Shown here in pieces: positions 9,078 through 18,927 of a stretch of 64,000 nt of DNA. This DNA is from Candidatus Binataceae bacterium. Its GTDB lineage: Bacteria > Desulfobacterota > Binatia > Binatales > Binataceae. Location: positions 5,078-69,077 of the forward strand of contig DATKPK010000046.1 in the NCBI GenBank assembly GCA_035524095.1, written 5' to 3'. A model generated the notes under the pieces. That model saw nothing but the letters and a program-made list of their open reading frames with translations, searched no databases and was not told where the DNA came from. Position 1 is the first letter of the stretch. Each line of letters begins with the position of its first letter. The translations under genes and the position numbers were made by a program.

Positions 9078-11270
9078 TTACTGAGTGGGACACTGCCCCT
9101 GGTTTTGCAGGATGATCGCCAAGTCAGCGTCGTCGGTTAAGCCATCGAGATTAATGTCGGCCCAACTGGAAAGTCCGCTGGATAGCGCTTCAAGCGTTGC
9201 CCATTCCGCGACATCCAGATAGTTCACGACACCGTCGAGATTGACATCACCCGGGCAGGCCGGCTGCGATGCGAGTAGCTGGTTAAGCTGTGCGCTCAAA
9301 GCATTGTAGTTCCGTAGCTGCTGCCGAGTGAGCTTGCTTCCAGACGCCAGCAGGTCAGAATCGGCGGTATCGAGCTTCGGCACCGGAACATTCTGATTGA
9401 TCTGATAGAACTCCGTACTTGAGCTGTTGGCACACGAATTCGAGGCCGCGTCATACCCTTCATAACTATTGATTACTAATTTGTAGCGGTTGTTGCGTAT
9501 CGCGACGGCCTCCAGTGGATAGATGTTGTCGGAAATCGTCTGGCTGTGATCGTGCTGCCAGATGGCAACGTCGCAGCACAACGCCAATCCTTCCAGCGGG
9601 ATTCCAGCGGTGCTAGGGTCTGTGGCTCCCGCGCCCCACCATACTCCATTGTTGTCCTCGCACACCCCTTTGGTCGGAGCGATTTGTGTGCACGTGGTTG
9701 TATTGTATACGCAAGGTCCGTTAATAGCGCCATTGGCGTGGAGATTTGTGCCGATTTGCGTGAAGTTTGTTTTCCGGATGCTCGACTGATCAGGATTCCT
9801 AAGGTACGGAAGCATCGTCTGAGCATCGACGGTCCGTGGTACATCCTCATGTACGTTGACACCCGCGAGTTCACCGAAGAGCTGGTAGAAATCGACGATG
9901 TTGACCATCGCTTTTACCACTCGGCCGGGTTGATTAACTGCCGGTCCCGCGACAATTCCCGGAACCCAGACGCCAGTCTGATAGACACTGGATTTCGAGC
10001 GACTGGGATCGAATGGAACTTTGACGGCGGCGCCGTTGCTACCATTGTCGGCGACGATGATAACGTCGGTGTTGGTTTGCTTCGGGCGGTAAACTAATTG
10101 GCCGCTTGGAGTAACTGTCGCCAGTCCGGTCGCTACCAAAAGCTGTCCTACTTCGTAATCGAGCGCCTCTTCCATCTGGTTGGTGATGGTTCTCTGGTCA
10201 ATGGCATCAGCACAGTCGAGATTGCTGGTATCCGCCTCTCCAGGAGGCAGCGTTTGACTAGGTGGCTGCATGACGGGGAGATGGGCCGAGGCAAAATCCA
10301 CGCTAACCATCCACGGCTGGTTCTTCGGCTGCTGATTGATCCAGGCGACCGCCGCATTAACTACCTGCACACCGCGGAAGGTCCGCGCACTGAGATCAGT
10401 CGGTGGTACCTGCACGACCGATCCATTATCGTTGATGACTAACGGTGACACGTAATGTCCACTAAGAGTGGAAAAGTTGATATACGCTGGCGGCGGGTTG
10501 GTACATGATTGATTGGGATTGAAGATGCCACCGCTATCTCGGCATACCCTTCCCGGCGCTTCCTCCCCGGATTTCGTAACCACTGCGCAGGTGCCGTCAC
10601 CCGCATAGCAGGCACCCGTATCTGCACCGCCATCGTTAGCGTCGCGCACAAAGCCACAGGACCAGGTGCCGGGCGGCGAGACTCCGCCGGCGGTAGTGTC
10701 AATCGACGAGGGGTCACCGGTGGCGTCGAGCCAGCCATTGAAGTACGTGAAACCGAGCGCCTGCACCATACCCAAGCCGTAGGGATTGTTGCCCTGGGTA
10801 CCTAGATGAAACTTACCGAAGAGGGCACTTGTATAACCGCGTTGCTGGAGCAAGATGGGTGCAGTCGTCTCGTTAGGATTCACCATGAAGTTGGCAAGAT
10901 CATCGTTGCCAATCGCAGTGTAAACGTTTGTGCGGAACGGGTAGCGGCCGGTGTAGAGCGCCGCGCGCGAGTTCGAGCAGGCGGGCATGGCCCAGACGTT
11001 GTGGAATTTAATCCCCGCCTTGGCGATGGCATCAAGATTTGGCGTAGCCGCCGGAGTCGTGCCGCCGTATCCGAACAGCTTAAACTGGTCGATACCGGCA
11101 TCGTCCATCAGAATCAATAGAATGTTCGGCGGCTGACCAACCGCCGCGACCGGCTCTGAGATTGCTCCAATGGAGACCAGAGCAAGCAAAAGTGGAAAGA
11201 TGAACGGCTTGGACGGCGTCACCCAAAGACGCGACCACAGCGATCGCAATGTCCAGCCCGTCAGCGCCAC
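9078..11270 (-). CDS. secreted sulfatase (alkaline-phosphatase superfamily) with C-terminal dockerin-like module
   Basis: 730 aa. Signal peptide, then the sulfatase N-terminal PNILLILMDDAGID. The C-terminal ~65 aa carry two Ca-binding dockerin-type repeats, DVNLDGVVNYLD and DINLDGLTDDAD. Confidence 0.75.
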   Translation of the reverse strand: MALTGWTLRSLWSRLWVTPSKPFIFPLLLALVSIGAISEPVAAVGQPPNILLILMDDAGIDQFKLFGYGGTTPAATPNLDAIAKAGIKFHNVWAMPACSNSRAALYTGRYPFRTNVYTAIGNDDLANFMVNPNETTAPILLQQRGYTSALFGKFHLGTQGNNPYGLGMVQALGFTYFNGWLDATGDPSSIDTTAGGVSPPGTWSCGFVRDANDGGADTGACYAGDGTCAVVTKSGEEAPGRVCRDSGGIFNPNQSCTNPPPAYINFSTLSGHYVSPLVINDNGSVVQVPPTDLSARTFRGVQVVNAAVAWINQQPKNQPWMVSVDFASAHLPVMQPPSQTLPPGEADTSNLDCADAIDQRTITNQMEEALDYEVGQLLVATGLATVTPSGQLVYRPKQTNTDVIIVADNGSNGAAVKVPFDPSRSKSSVYQTGVWVPGIVAGPAVNQPGRVVKAMVNIVDFYQLFGELAGVNVHEDVPRTVDAQTMLPYLRNPDQSSIRKTNFTQIGTNLHANGAINGPCVYNTTTCTQIAPTKGVCEDNNGVWWGAGATDPSTAGIPLEGLALCCDVAIWQHDHSQTISDNIYPLEAVAIRNNRYKLVINSYEGYDAASNSCANSSSTEFYQINQNVPVPKLDTADSDLLASGSKLTRQQLRNYNALSAQLNQLLASQPACPGDVNLDGVVNYLDVAEWATLEALSSGLSSWADINLDGLTDDADLAIILQNQGQCPTQ

Positions 11271-11447
11271 GACCCACCCCCCTCGAGGACCGTTACGAAT
11301 TTATCGATTTTGGATTATCCGCGAAGCGAACAATCCTCGCGAGATTTGGTGCAGCCGTTTTTCATCCGATAACCGGAAAATACGGTCAGGATTGTCAGCG
11401 GCAGGGAGGTTCCGTCTGGCCGGCCTATTAGCGAATCGGCAAATGAC

Positions 11448-12128
11448 CTATTTATGCACCTCAACTGGCGGGGTCGGCTGGCTCAACCGCGAGGTGATTT
11501 CCTCGTCGGTCATGTCATAGAGCCGTTCCATCCCGTCCATCATCGGCTTGCCCGAGTTCGGTGGTGGCTGCTTAACCTTGCCGCCCTGGCTGTCGAATGC
11601 GGGCGGGTTCCTGTAGCGCCGCAAATCGGAAGGCATGATGCCGGCGAGCTGCACGACTTCAGGATCAATCCATGCGTCAGCGTCGATGGAATTGCCTTCT
11701 GACGTTGAGAATTCGAGGTTGATCCCTTCGGGCGCTGCGAGATAGATCGATTTACAGAAGCCGTGGTCAAGCGGGCCCATCACCCAGTAGCCATGTGAAC
11801 GCACACGATCGCGCATCGCCAGCAAATCCGCTTCGGTGTCGACATTGAGCGCGACATGCTGCATCACGCCCGCGGCCACTGGCATCGCCGGCGAACCGGC
11901 ATGGGAAACGCCCTTAATTCCTTGAATTTCGCCAATTTCCTTCGACTGGACGAAGGCGATCGATGAGCTGTTGCCCAACTTCAGGAAGCCATGGAAGGTG
12001 TTCTCGACCCCGTGCATCCAATAAAGGGCGACCAGTTCCATCCCCACGACCTGAGTATAAAACTCGATCTGGCTCTTGATGTCCTTCGTGCAAATCGCGA
12101 GGTGATGAACTCCGTTCGGCAGACCCAT
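11448..12128 (-). CDS. VOC / glyoxalase-bleomycin resistance / extradiol dioxygenase superfamily protein
   Basis: 226 aa with two tandem VOC half-domains (VHHLAICTKDIKSQIEFYTQVVGMEL ...). Confidence 0.7.
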   Translation of the reverse strand: MGLPNGVHHLAICTKDIKSQIEFYTQVVGMELVALYWMHGVENTFHGFLKLGNSSSIAFVQSKEIGEIQGIKGVSHAGSPAMPVAAGVMQHVALNVDTEADLLAMRDRVRSHGYWVMGPLDHGFCKSIYLAAPEGINLEFSTSEGNSIDADAWIDPEVVQLAGIMPSDLRRYRNPPAFDSQGGKVKQPPPNSGKPMMDGMERLYDMTDEEITSRLSQPTPPVEVHK

Positions 12129-12222
12129 GACATCGTCCTCCGTATGAAAATTGACTTCTTTGCTTGATTAGCTTATCGCATTTTGCACTTATCCCATTTC
12201 TACTTCTATTGAAAGCTCCGGT

Positions 12223-13818
12223 TCAGGGAGAGGTGGCACGGAGCAAGACCAGCTTCCCGTTGTCGAAAGGGACCTGAGTGACGGGAGTGAGCCCTGAAGT
12301 GCGCGTGCTCGCGCGAGCCCAGGCTTGGGCGGGGACGATCACGTAGCCACTGGAAGGAGTGGCTAGTGGGCGCGGCAAGGGAGGAGCGCAGCGATCGAGA
12401 TAGAAAACCAGCGGCTCGATCGCATCCTGAAAGCCAAAAGTATAGAGTGGCGCGCCGGCTGTCGTAAGCTGATTTATTTGAGCCGCCGCCGCTCGATACG
12501 ATTTGACTTGCCCAGTGTCGCCGGACGACTCGCCAGCGAAGCCCTTGGAGGGCCATCGGAAGAATGCGCGCAGCGTGAATGGTGCACCGCATCCGTGAAG
12601 TTCATAGGCAGGGATATAAAGGAAATTCGCAGTGGCGAGAATCAGGCATGTAGCCACGGCGGTACGATAGACGAGAACTCCGCGCGGCGTGCTGAACCAT
12701 GGAATGACGCGAACGACAATCCACCACGAAAGCAGGAAAGCGGCAGCGGGCCATAGCGGCAACAGATAATCGCGCCGCTTGTATGCGGCCAGGTTGAAAA
12801 AGACGACAGTGACGGTCCAGAAGAGCGCGAGAAAGCGAGCGGCGCTCCCCGCACTCTCGCTGTTGGCAGGTAATGCTACAGGTTGTAGCGGCTCGGCGGT
12901 GACTGGCTGCGACCGAACGCGGGGAGGAACCAGAGCGATAACCACCGCTATCGGGACGAACAGGCTGAGCGGAAGCGAATTGAGCAGCAGTGGCGTCAGG
13001 TAATACGATCGGCGCATAGCGCCGAGACTCCCGAAGAAGCGGCCGAAGTTTTCACTGCCAATCTGAAGATGCAGGAAGTCGTAGCGGCGGCCAATCAGGC
13101 AAGCCAGATACCAGCTAGAGGCGATCGCGCCGCCAACGATCAAAGGGCCGGGCTTGAACAGAGCTTTTAGTGCAGCCCAATTCCGTTCGATTGCGAGAAA
13201 AAGCAGGATTGCAGCGCCAGGAAGGATCGCGCCCACCGGTCCTTTGGCGAGCACCCCGAGTCCCATCGCGATCGCAAATAGATAGTGACGTAGGATGCGG
13301 CGAGAAGCACCCGCGGAATCGCGATCGAGTGCGAACCACCAAAAGAACGCATACAGCGAGAGCGTCTCGCAAAAGGTCAGGGTCATGTCGACCAGGCCGA
13401 TCCGTGCCTGACTGACATACTGATAGGAGCCGCAGAGGATCAGCCCAGCGAGTATCGCGCCGCGCAAGCCGAGCAGGCTCGCCGCAAACGCCATCGTAAG
13501 CATCGCTCCGCCGATCGCATAAAGAGCCGAAGGCAAGCGAAGATTGAATGACGTCGCGGTTTCTTCATGCAACAGATCAGCAAGGCCGGTCGCCGTCCAG
13601 TGATAGAGCGGCGGCTTGTACATCGGAATGGTGCAGTTATCGAGTGGAAACAGCAGCCTGTGGTCCTCGACCATCTGCTGGACGTAGACCGCCATCGCGG
13701 CCTCGCTTCCGCCACATACGTCGCTGGCGCCGAGCCGGTTGAGGGTCAGGATCGCGAGCAGCAGAGTGATTCCGGCAAGGGGGAGCGCACGCATAATGGT
13801 GCGCGTCGATGAGGTCAC
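12223..13818 (-). CDS. glycosyltransferase family 39/83 (ArnT / PMT-like polyprenyl-phosphate sugar transferase) membrane protein
   Basis: 531 aa, polytopic; ArnT/PMT-like features near the N-terminal loop. Confidence 0.6.
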   Translation of the reverse strand: MTSSTRTIMRALPLAGITLLLAILTLNRLGASDVCGGSEAAMAVYVQQMVEDHRLLFPLDNCTIPMYKPPLYHWTATGLADLLHEETATSFNLRLPSALYAIGGAMLTMAFAASLLGLRGAILAGLILCGSYQYVSQARIGLVDMTLTFCETLSLYAFFWWFALDRDSAGASRRILRHYLFAIAMGLGVLAKGPVGAILPGAAILLFLAIERNWAALKALFKPGPLIVGGAIASSWYLACLIGRRYDFLHLQIGSENFGRFFGSLGAMRRSYYLTPLLLNSLPLSLFVPIAVVIALVPPRVRSQPVTAEPLQPVALPANSESAGSAARFLALFWTVTVVFFNLAAYKRRDYLLPLWPAAAFLLSWWIVVRVIPWFSTPRGVLVYRTAVATCLILATANFLYIPAYELHGCGAPFTLRAFFRWPSKGFAGESSGDTGQVKSYRAAAAQINQLTTAGAPLYTFGFQDAIEPLVFYLDRCAPPLPRPLATPSSGYVIVPAQAWARASTRTSGLTPVTQVPFDNGKLVLLRATSP

Positions 13819-13905
13819 AGATGACTTACCGCTGTTGGCGAGCGGACACGGGTCGACGAAATCGCGAAAACTGATGTGGCTGATTCGCGGGCAACCGGAA
13901 GCGCA

Positions 13906-15687
13906 TCATGCGGCCGCAGCGGCGTAGGCGAGAACATCTTCGATAGTGCCGTCGGATGGAATCTCCAACACGTGATGACTATGCCACATCGCGTAGAACA
14001 GCAAGCTCCAGGCGGCCTGATGGTATCTTTTCAGGTCGGCGAATGCCCATGCCACATCTTCGCGAACATTAGCCTTACGGAAAAGCTCACGGATACCCGG
14101 CTGACGGGCCACCAATTTCTCGATTAGCGGCCGGCGTGCAGCTATCCATTCACCGACGGGCGGGTTGAAGCCGAGTTTCTTTGCGTAAGGCTCTGCTGCC
14201 GGGACATTGGTTGCTAACCAATCACGGAGCATGCGCTTGGCCATTTTGGTCGTGGCCTTCATATCGTCGGGAAGACGGAAGGCAAAGTCAGCAACGACGG
14301 GATCAAGAAACGGGGTGCGTCCTTCAAGGCCGTGGGCCATCAGGCAGCGGTCGACCTTGATCAGCAGATCGTTGGGCAGCCATTCGGCGCAATCGACCGC
14401 CTGCAGCGTCTGGACGAGAGTCCGATCAGCCCGCGACTGCTCTCTTTCAACGAGACTCAATCCGTCACGCCATCCGTTGAACACCGCGCTGAGATGGACC
14501 AGGCCATCGAATTCGCCGCGTGATCGAGCTTTGTGCGTAAACAGACCCCAGAAACGGCGGGCGCGATAGTAGCGGCTGTAGCCACAGAAAATCTCGTCGC
14601 CCCCCTCACCGGTGAGCACCACCTTCACATGATCTTTGGCCGCCTTCGCCAATAGATAGGTAGGCAGGGTGGCAGCGTCCGTGGTCGGATCATCAAGGGC
14701 AGCAGCGACACTTGGCGCGCAATTCCAGAAATCATGCTCGGTCATCTCGACCACATGATGATCTGCGCCGACTGTATGAGCGACCCGGCGCGCATCGCTG
14801 CTTTCGTCCGCTGCCGCAGTTCCGGGAAATCCGGCGGTGAAGGCGATGAGCGGTTGCGCGGAGAATCGCGCCATCAACGCAGCCAGCGTGGATGAATCGA
14901 TGCCACCTGAAAGGAACAAGCCGTAGGGCACGTCGGCGCGCAGGTGATGCTCCACCGTGTCAGTCAGAACCTTATCGAGTTGCCGCAATGCATCGTCATA
15001 ATTCGTTGCAGGCGACGACCCTTGGCTGAGCGGCAAACGGCGTCGGCGCTCGATGATCCGCCCGTCCTCAACGACGACGATCTCGCCGGGCAGCAGGCGC
15101 TGGATGTCAGAGAAGATCGTTTCCCGGCCGGTCGTGAACTTTAGTTGCAGCAGTTCCGACCGAGCTCGCGCACGAAATGATCGCTTGGCCAAACCCGCTC
15201 TCAGCAACGCCTGGGGTTCGGAGGCGAACGCAAAGCAATCAGGTGCTTCAGCATAATAGAGTGGCTTAATTCCGAATGGGTCGCGGGCAAGCGTCAGGCG
15301 GCGATTCGCAGGATCATAGATAGCGATCGCGTACATCCCGCGCAGCGTTGCGGCAAAGCCAGTTCCTTCACGCCGATAGAGATGCAGTGGGACTTCACAA
15401 TCCGACCCAGTGCTGAAGCTGACGCCGCAAAGTTGACGACGCAATTCGGGATCGTTGTAGATCTCGCCGTTAGCGACCAACACGGCGCCGCCGCTTTCAT
15501 ACAAAGGTTGATCGCCGGTCTTGAGATCGACGATCGCCAACCGCGTATGTACGAGACCAACGGGCGGCGAAACATATCTGCCGCTCCCATCGGGGCCGCG
15601 ATGGGCCAGTGCATTGATCAGACAGTCGAGGATAGCTGAATCGGGCGGGCGCCCGTCACGCATCATCACACCGGCAATACCGCACAT
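13906..15687 (-). CDS. asnB: asparagine synthetase (glutamine-hydrolysing)
   Basis: 593 aa; N-terminal MCGIAG nucleophile followed by ALAHRGPDGSG; central SGGIDSS PP-loop. Confidence 0.9.
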   Translation of the reverse strand: MCGIAGVMMRDGRPPDSAILDCLINALAHRGPDGSGRYVSPPVGLVHTRLAIVDLKTGDQPLYESGGAVLVANGEIYNDPELRRQLCGVSFSTGSDCEVPLHLYRREGTGFAATLRGMYAIAIYDPANRRLTLARDPFGIKPLYYAEAPDCFAFASEPQALLRAGLAKRSFRARARSELLQLKFTTGRETIFSDIQRLLPGEIVVVEDGRIIERRRRLPLSQGSSPATNYDDALRQLDKVLTDTVEHHLRADVPYGLFLSGGIDSSTLAALMARFSAQPLIAFTAGFPGTAAADESSDARRVAHTVGADHHVVEMTEHDFWNCAPSVAAALDDPTTDAATLPTYLLAKAAKDHVKVVLTGEGGDEIFCGYSRYYRARRFWGLFTHKARSRGEFDGLVHLSAVFNGWRDGLSLVEREQSRADRTLVQTLQAVDCAEWLPNDLLIKVDRCLMAHGLEGRTPFLDPVVADFAFRLPDDMKATTKMAKRMLRDWLATNVPAAEPYAKKLGFNPPVGEWIAARRPLIEKLVARQPGIRELFRKANVREDVAWAFADLKRYHQAAWSLLFYAMWHSHHVLEIPSDGTIEDVLAYAAAAA

Positions 15688-15811
15688 ACTGTTGAGTGAA
15701 GCCTGCCTCCAACGAAAGTCTGACTGAAAACGGTGGCGAGGGCGAGCCTAGACCGCGCGAGGCCACAGCCCCCGTGTCAGCGCGAGGGGGGACGATAGCG
15801 TATTAGCAAGT

Positions 15812-16567
15812 TTATTGCGCTGGCGCGGGAGTGCGGCCTTGGAGTTCCAGCAACCGGGTGTTGATGCGCTCGGACCAATAGTTCATAGCGTTTTCGGCGT
15901 CACCCCATTGCCATTGTGCGGCCGTGCTCAGAGCGATTCCTCCTGAGCGTTGATCGATCGCGCCTGCGAGAAACTCGCCTGTCCCACCATCGACTGCTTT
16001 CATCTCCGCTTCTGCCGATCCGACGAAAGCGTAGCTTCCGGTCGCCAGCGACTGCACGCTGTTAAGCAGCCGTGCCTGGGGGACGACTACGGAAATCGAC
16101 CGCAACACCGGCGTCGCAGTAGTCGCATTAATCAATGCGACGTAAAGCACCAGCACGTCCGGCCCCGGCTGACCGACCATCGTGAAGTTTTTCTGCAAGG
16201 TCTGCTGCAACTGATTGTGGAAATAAGTGACAAGCTTTTGCTCGTCTTCGATTGATTCCTTAGAATCCGTTTTATCCCAGTATTGCACTGGTTGCAGCAT
16301 TATCTTCGTGTACTTGCTCCACTGCGCGTCAGGATTGATGTACACCAACGCCGCCTGCCCCTCTTTGCCCGGGTGGAGCAGAGATGCATTATTGCCAAAG
16401 AACTGACTGGCTGCAGGAGGAAGCTGGCCGTTCTTCATCTCCTCCGCGACTCCTGATTTACTCTCCACTGTTTGCGAGCAGCCGCTCAGTAGATTCGCAA
16501 GCGCGATTCCGCTCACGACCGCGACTAATCCAGCAACGGTGATCCTTGCAAGAGAGAACTTTTTCAT
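15812..16567 (-). CDS. hypothetical lipoprotein
   Basis: MKKFSLARITVAGLVAVVSGIALANLLSGCSQ lipobox, no TM afterwards. The ORF track extends to 16582. Confidence 0.5.
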   Translation of the reverse strand: MKKFSLARITVAGLVAVVSGIALANLLSGCSQTVESKSGVAEEMKNGQLPPAASQFFGNNASLLHPGKEGQAALVYINPDAQWSKYTKIMLQPVQYWDKTDSKESIEDEQKLVTYFHNQLQQTLQKNFTMVGQPGPDVLVLYVALINATTATPVLRSISVVVPQARLLNSVQSLATGSYAFVGSAEAEMKAVDGGTGEFLAGAIDQRSGGIALSTAAQWQWGDAENAMNYWSERINTRLLELQGRTPAPAQ

Positions 16568-16661
16568 CGCGGCATTCCTCATGATCGCAGGGGAACCATC
16601 AGTTGGCTATAGTACCGATACGAGTTCCGAGCTCGCCGGTCGGTGATTATCGAATCTTGGG

Positions 16662-17465
16662 TTAGAAATTTGAGGACGAATTCTGATCTGCGGCCTTCAC
16701 CATGTTCTGTGGAATCCAGGCCTGCACACCGAAGTATTGTGACATGTATGCGGTCGCCTGGTCGGCGGTCTTCTTCGCCAAGTAGCCCATGCCTGAGGTG
16801 TAGTTCTTGGTTGCCCCTGCAGCCAGATTCGCCCCGAGTGAAGCCGCCGCCGCCGCACCGCCAACGGCGGCACCAGCTGGCGCTGTAAAGGCCGCTCCCG
16901 GCATCGAGCCGCTATCTGCATGGGTACTGAAGTTCATAATCTGCTGCGCGTTACCCGCGACCATCTGATAGACCTGCACCTGGGTATCAAGGGTCGATTG
17001 CCCGACTCCCAGCCCGATCACCATACGGCGCAACTTATTGCCTTCATTGATCGCTGTGAACTGACCGTCCACGATCAGGACGTTGTCGCCTGACACTTGC
17101 TGCCCGCGCGGGATCTGCGTCGCTGTAAACCCGAGAGCCTGCAGTTCGCTGACCATCGCGCCGGCTAAATCGTTAGCCGTCTCTTCGGCAAGCTGCTGGG
17201 CGCTTTGATCCTGTTCGGCTTCGGAACTGGTCATGCTCCTGTAAGTCTTCTGCAAGAAGCCCTGATTTAAGGTGACGTCCTGCGAAGTCACGGCGAACGG
17301 ATATACATACACGGTGGTCGGCCGGTTCGAGCTTACGGGTAGCCCGTTAGCTACGGGCGCGACCGACGCACCTGCGCATGCGGTCAGCGCCACAGCCATA
17401 ATGGAAAAGAGCAGCGCTCGCGCATGCCTCTCAAACGTTGCTACTCGTCGCATATGGCTCCCCAT
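16662..17465 (-). CDS. hypothetical lipoprotein
   Basis: Signal peptide with LTAC lipobox (LLFSIMAVALTACAG); Gly/Ala-rich C-terminal region. Confidence 0.5.
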   Translation of the reverse strand: MGSHMRRVATFERHARALLFSIMAVALTACAGASVAPVANGLPVSSNRPTTVYVYPFAVTSQDVTLNQGFLQKTYRSMTSSEAEQDQSAQQLAEETANDLAGAMVSELQALGFTATQIPRGQQVSGDNVLIVDGQFTAINEGNKLRRMVIGLGVGQSTLDTQVQVYQMVAGNAQQIMNFSTHADSGSMPGAAFTAPAGAAVGGAAAAASLGANLAAGATKNYTSGMGYLAKKTADQATAYMSQYFGVQAWIPQNMVKAADQNSSSNF

Positions 17466-17617
17466 TTTCGCCTGCTTCGCGTATTCTCACGATCCGTAAC
17501 CGTGCTCTCATGACCGTTGCAGAGTTAGCAGCAAGGCCCGATAGCAGCTATTGGACTTTAGTCCCATAGCTCGGCTGTAAAGCGAGGCGTAAATCGCTAA
17601 CCATTGGAAGTACCAGC

Positions 17618-18289
17618 GTGTTTAACCAGCCGGCGCCTGATAGCTCAGTGCTCGCATGTCCGCACTGTGATCTACTGCAGAGGCTGCCGCAACTTGCGCC
17701 GGGTGCGTCTGCACGGTGCCCGCGCTGTGCGAGAGAGTTGCGGCGCCGCCGCGTCGATTCATTCAATCGCACCTTGGCACTAGCCGTTGCTGGCACGCTG
17801 CTCTACGTGATCGCGAACACGGTTCCAATGCTGAGCCTGACGATCGTAGGGCGCGACGCGTCCACTACGGTGTTCGGCGGCGCGCAGCATCTTTGGGAGA
17901 ATGGGCAGCCGATCGTGGGCATACTGGTGCTCCTCACCGCCGTGATCGCGCCTGCCGCGCAGCTCTTCTGCATGCTGGCAATCACTATCGGCTCCCGCCG
18001 CTCATCTGTTCCACAATGGGTGGGAACGCTTATGCGGCATTATCCTACGACTCGCACCTGGAGCATGATCGAGGTGATGCTTCTCGGCGTATTGGTCGCC
18101 CTGATCAAGATCGCTGACTACGCGACCGTCATTCCAGGTGTTGCATTGTTCGTTCTCGTAGCCCTGGTCTTCGTGCTGGCCGGGATGCAGGCGAGCTTCG
18201 ACCCTCATGAAATATGGCAGAGGATCGAATGGGCGGACGAGGACCGCACTCGCGGCACCAAACCGATGGCCACCGGTGAGACGGCGTGA
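17618..18289 (+). CDS. pqiA: paraquat-inducible protein A family (PqiA), first half-size copy
   Basis: GTG start; 223 aa. N-terminal zinc-ribbon-like CPHCD...CPRC followed by 4 TM segments. The stop overlaps the next gene by 4 nt. Confidence 0.8.
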   Translation: MFNQPAPDSSVLACPHCDLLQRLPQLAPGASARCPRCARELRRRRVDSFNRTLALAVAGTLLYVIANTVPMLSLTIVGRDASTTVFGGAQHLWENGQPIVGILVLLTAVIAPAAQLFCMLAITIGSRRSSVPQWVGTLMRHYPTTRTWSMIEVMLLGVLVALIKIADYATVIPGVALFVLVALVFVLAGMQASFDPHEIWQRIEWADEDRTRGTKPMATGETA

Positions 18290-18927
18290 CAGCCCAGCAC
18301 TTAAGTGCCATCGAGCACGGCTTCCAGAGCTGTGAGGTCTGCGGCCTGCTGTCGCGACCTGCCCCCGGCAGGGACGATGGACAATGCCCGCGGTGCGGTC
18401 AGGAACTCGAATTTCGCAAGCGCGCGAGTTTCGAGCGTACATGGGCCTTTTTGATTGCCGCGGCGGTCTGTTACATCCCTGCGAACGTCCTGCCAGTCCT
18501 GACTACCACCACCGCTACCGGCCGGGATTCCGACACGATCATGCAAGGTGTGGTGCTGCTCTGGTCGCCGACTGGATGGCCGCTCGCTATCATCGTTTTG
18601 GTCGCCAGTATCATGATTCCGAGCGCGAAGATTCTGGCACTAGCCTACTTACTGATTTCGTCGCAACGTGGGTCGATCAGAAACAATCGACAGCGTATTC
18701 GCCTCTACCGGGTGGTTGATTTTATCGGACGCTGGTCGATGGTCGACGTCTTCGTTGATACCTTTACGGCGGCTCTAATCCAGCTTCAGCCGTTGATGTC
18801 GGTTGAGCCGGGGCCAGGCTTGATCTTCTTCGCTGCGGTAGTGGTGTTCACGATGCTCGCAGTGGAATCATTCGATCCGCGCCTGATATGGGATGGAGCG
18901 GCCCTGCACGAGGTTACACATGCCTGA
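18286..18927 (+). CDS. pqiA: paraquat-inducible protein A family (PqiA), second half-size copy
   Basis: 213 aa; CEVCG...CPRCG followed by 4 TM segments. This is the same architecture as the gene upstream, and together they match one two-repeat E. coli-type PqiA. Confidence 0.8.
   Translation: MTAQHLSAIEHGFQSCEVCGLLSRPAPGRDDGQCPRCGQELEFRKRASFERTWAFLIAAAVCYIPANVLPVLTTTTATGRDSDTIMQGVVLLWSPTGWPLAIIVLVASIMIPSAKILALAYLLISSQRGSIRNNRQRIRLYRVVDFIGRWSMVDVFVDTFTAALIQLQPLMSVEPGPGLIFFAAVVVFTMLAVESFDPRLIWDGAALHEVTHA

Noticed and set aside
9546-10805. Several 75-183-aa plus-strand ORFs
   Set aside because: They all lie antisense within the sulfatase gene. They look like high-GC shadow ORFs.
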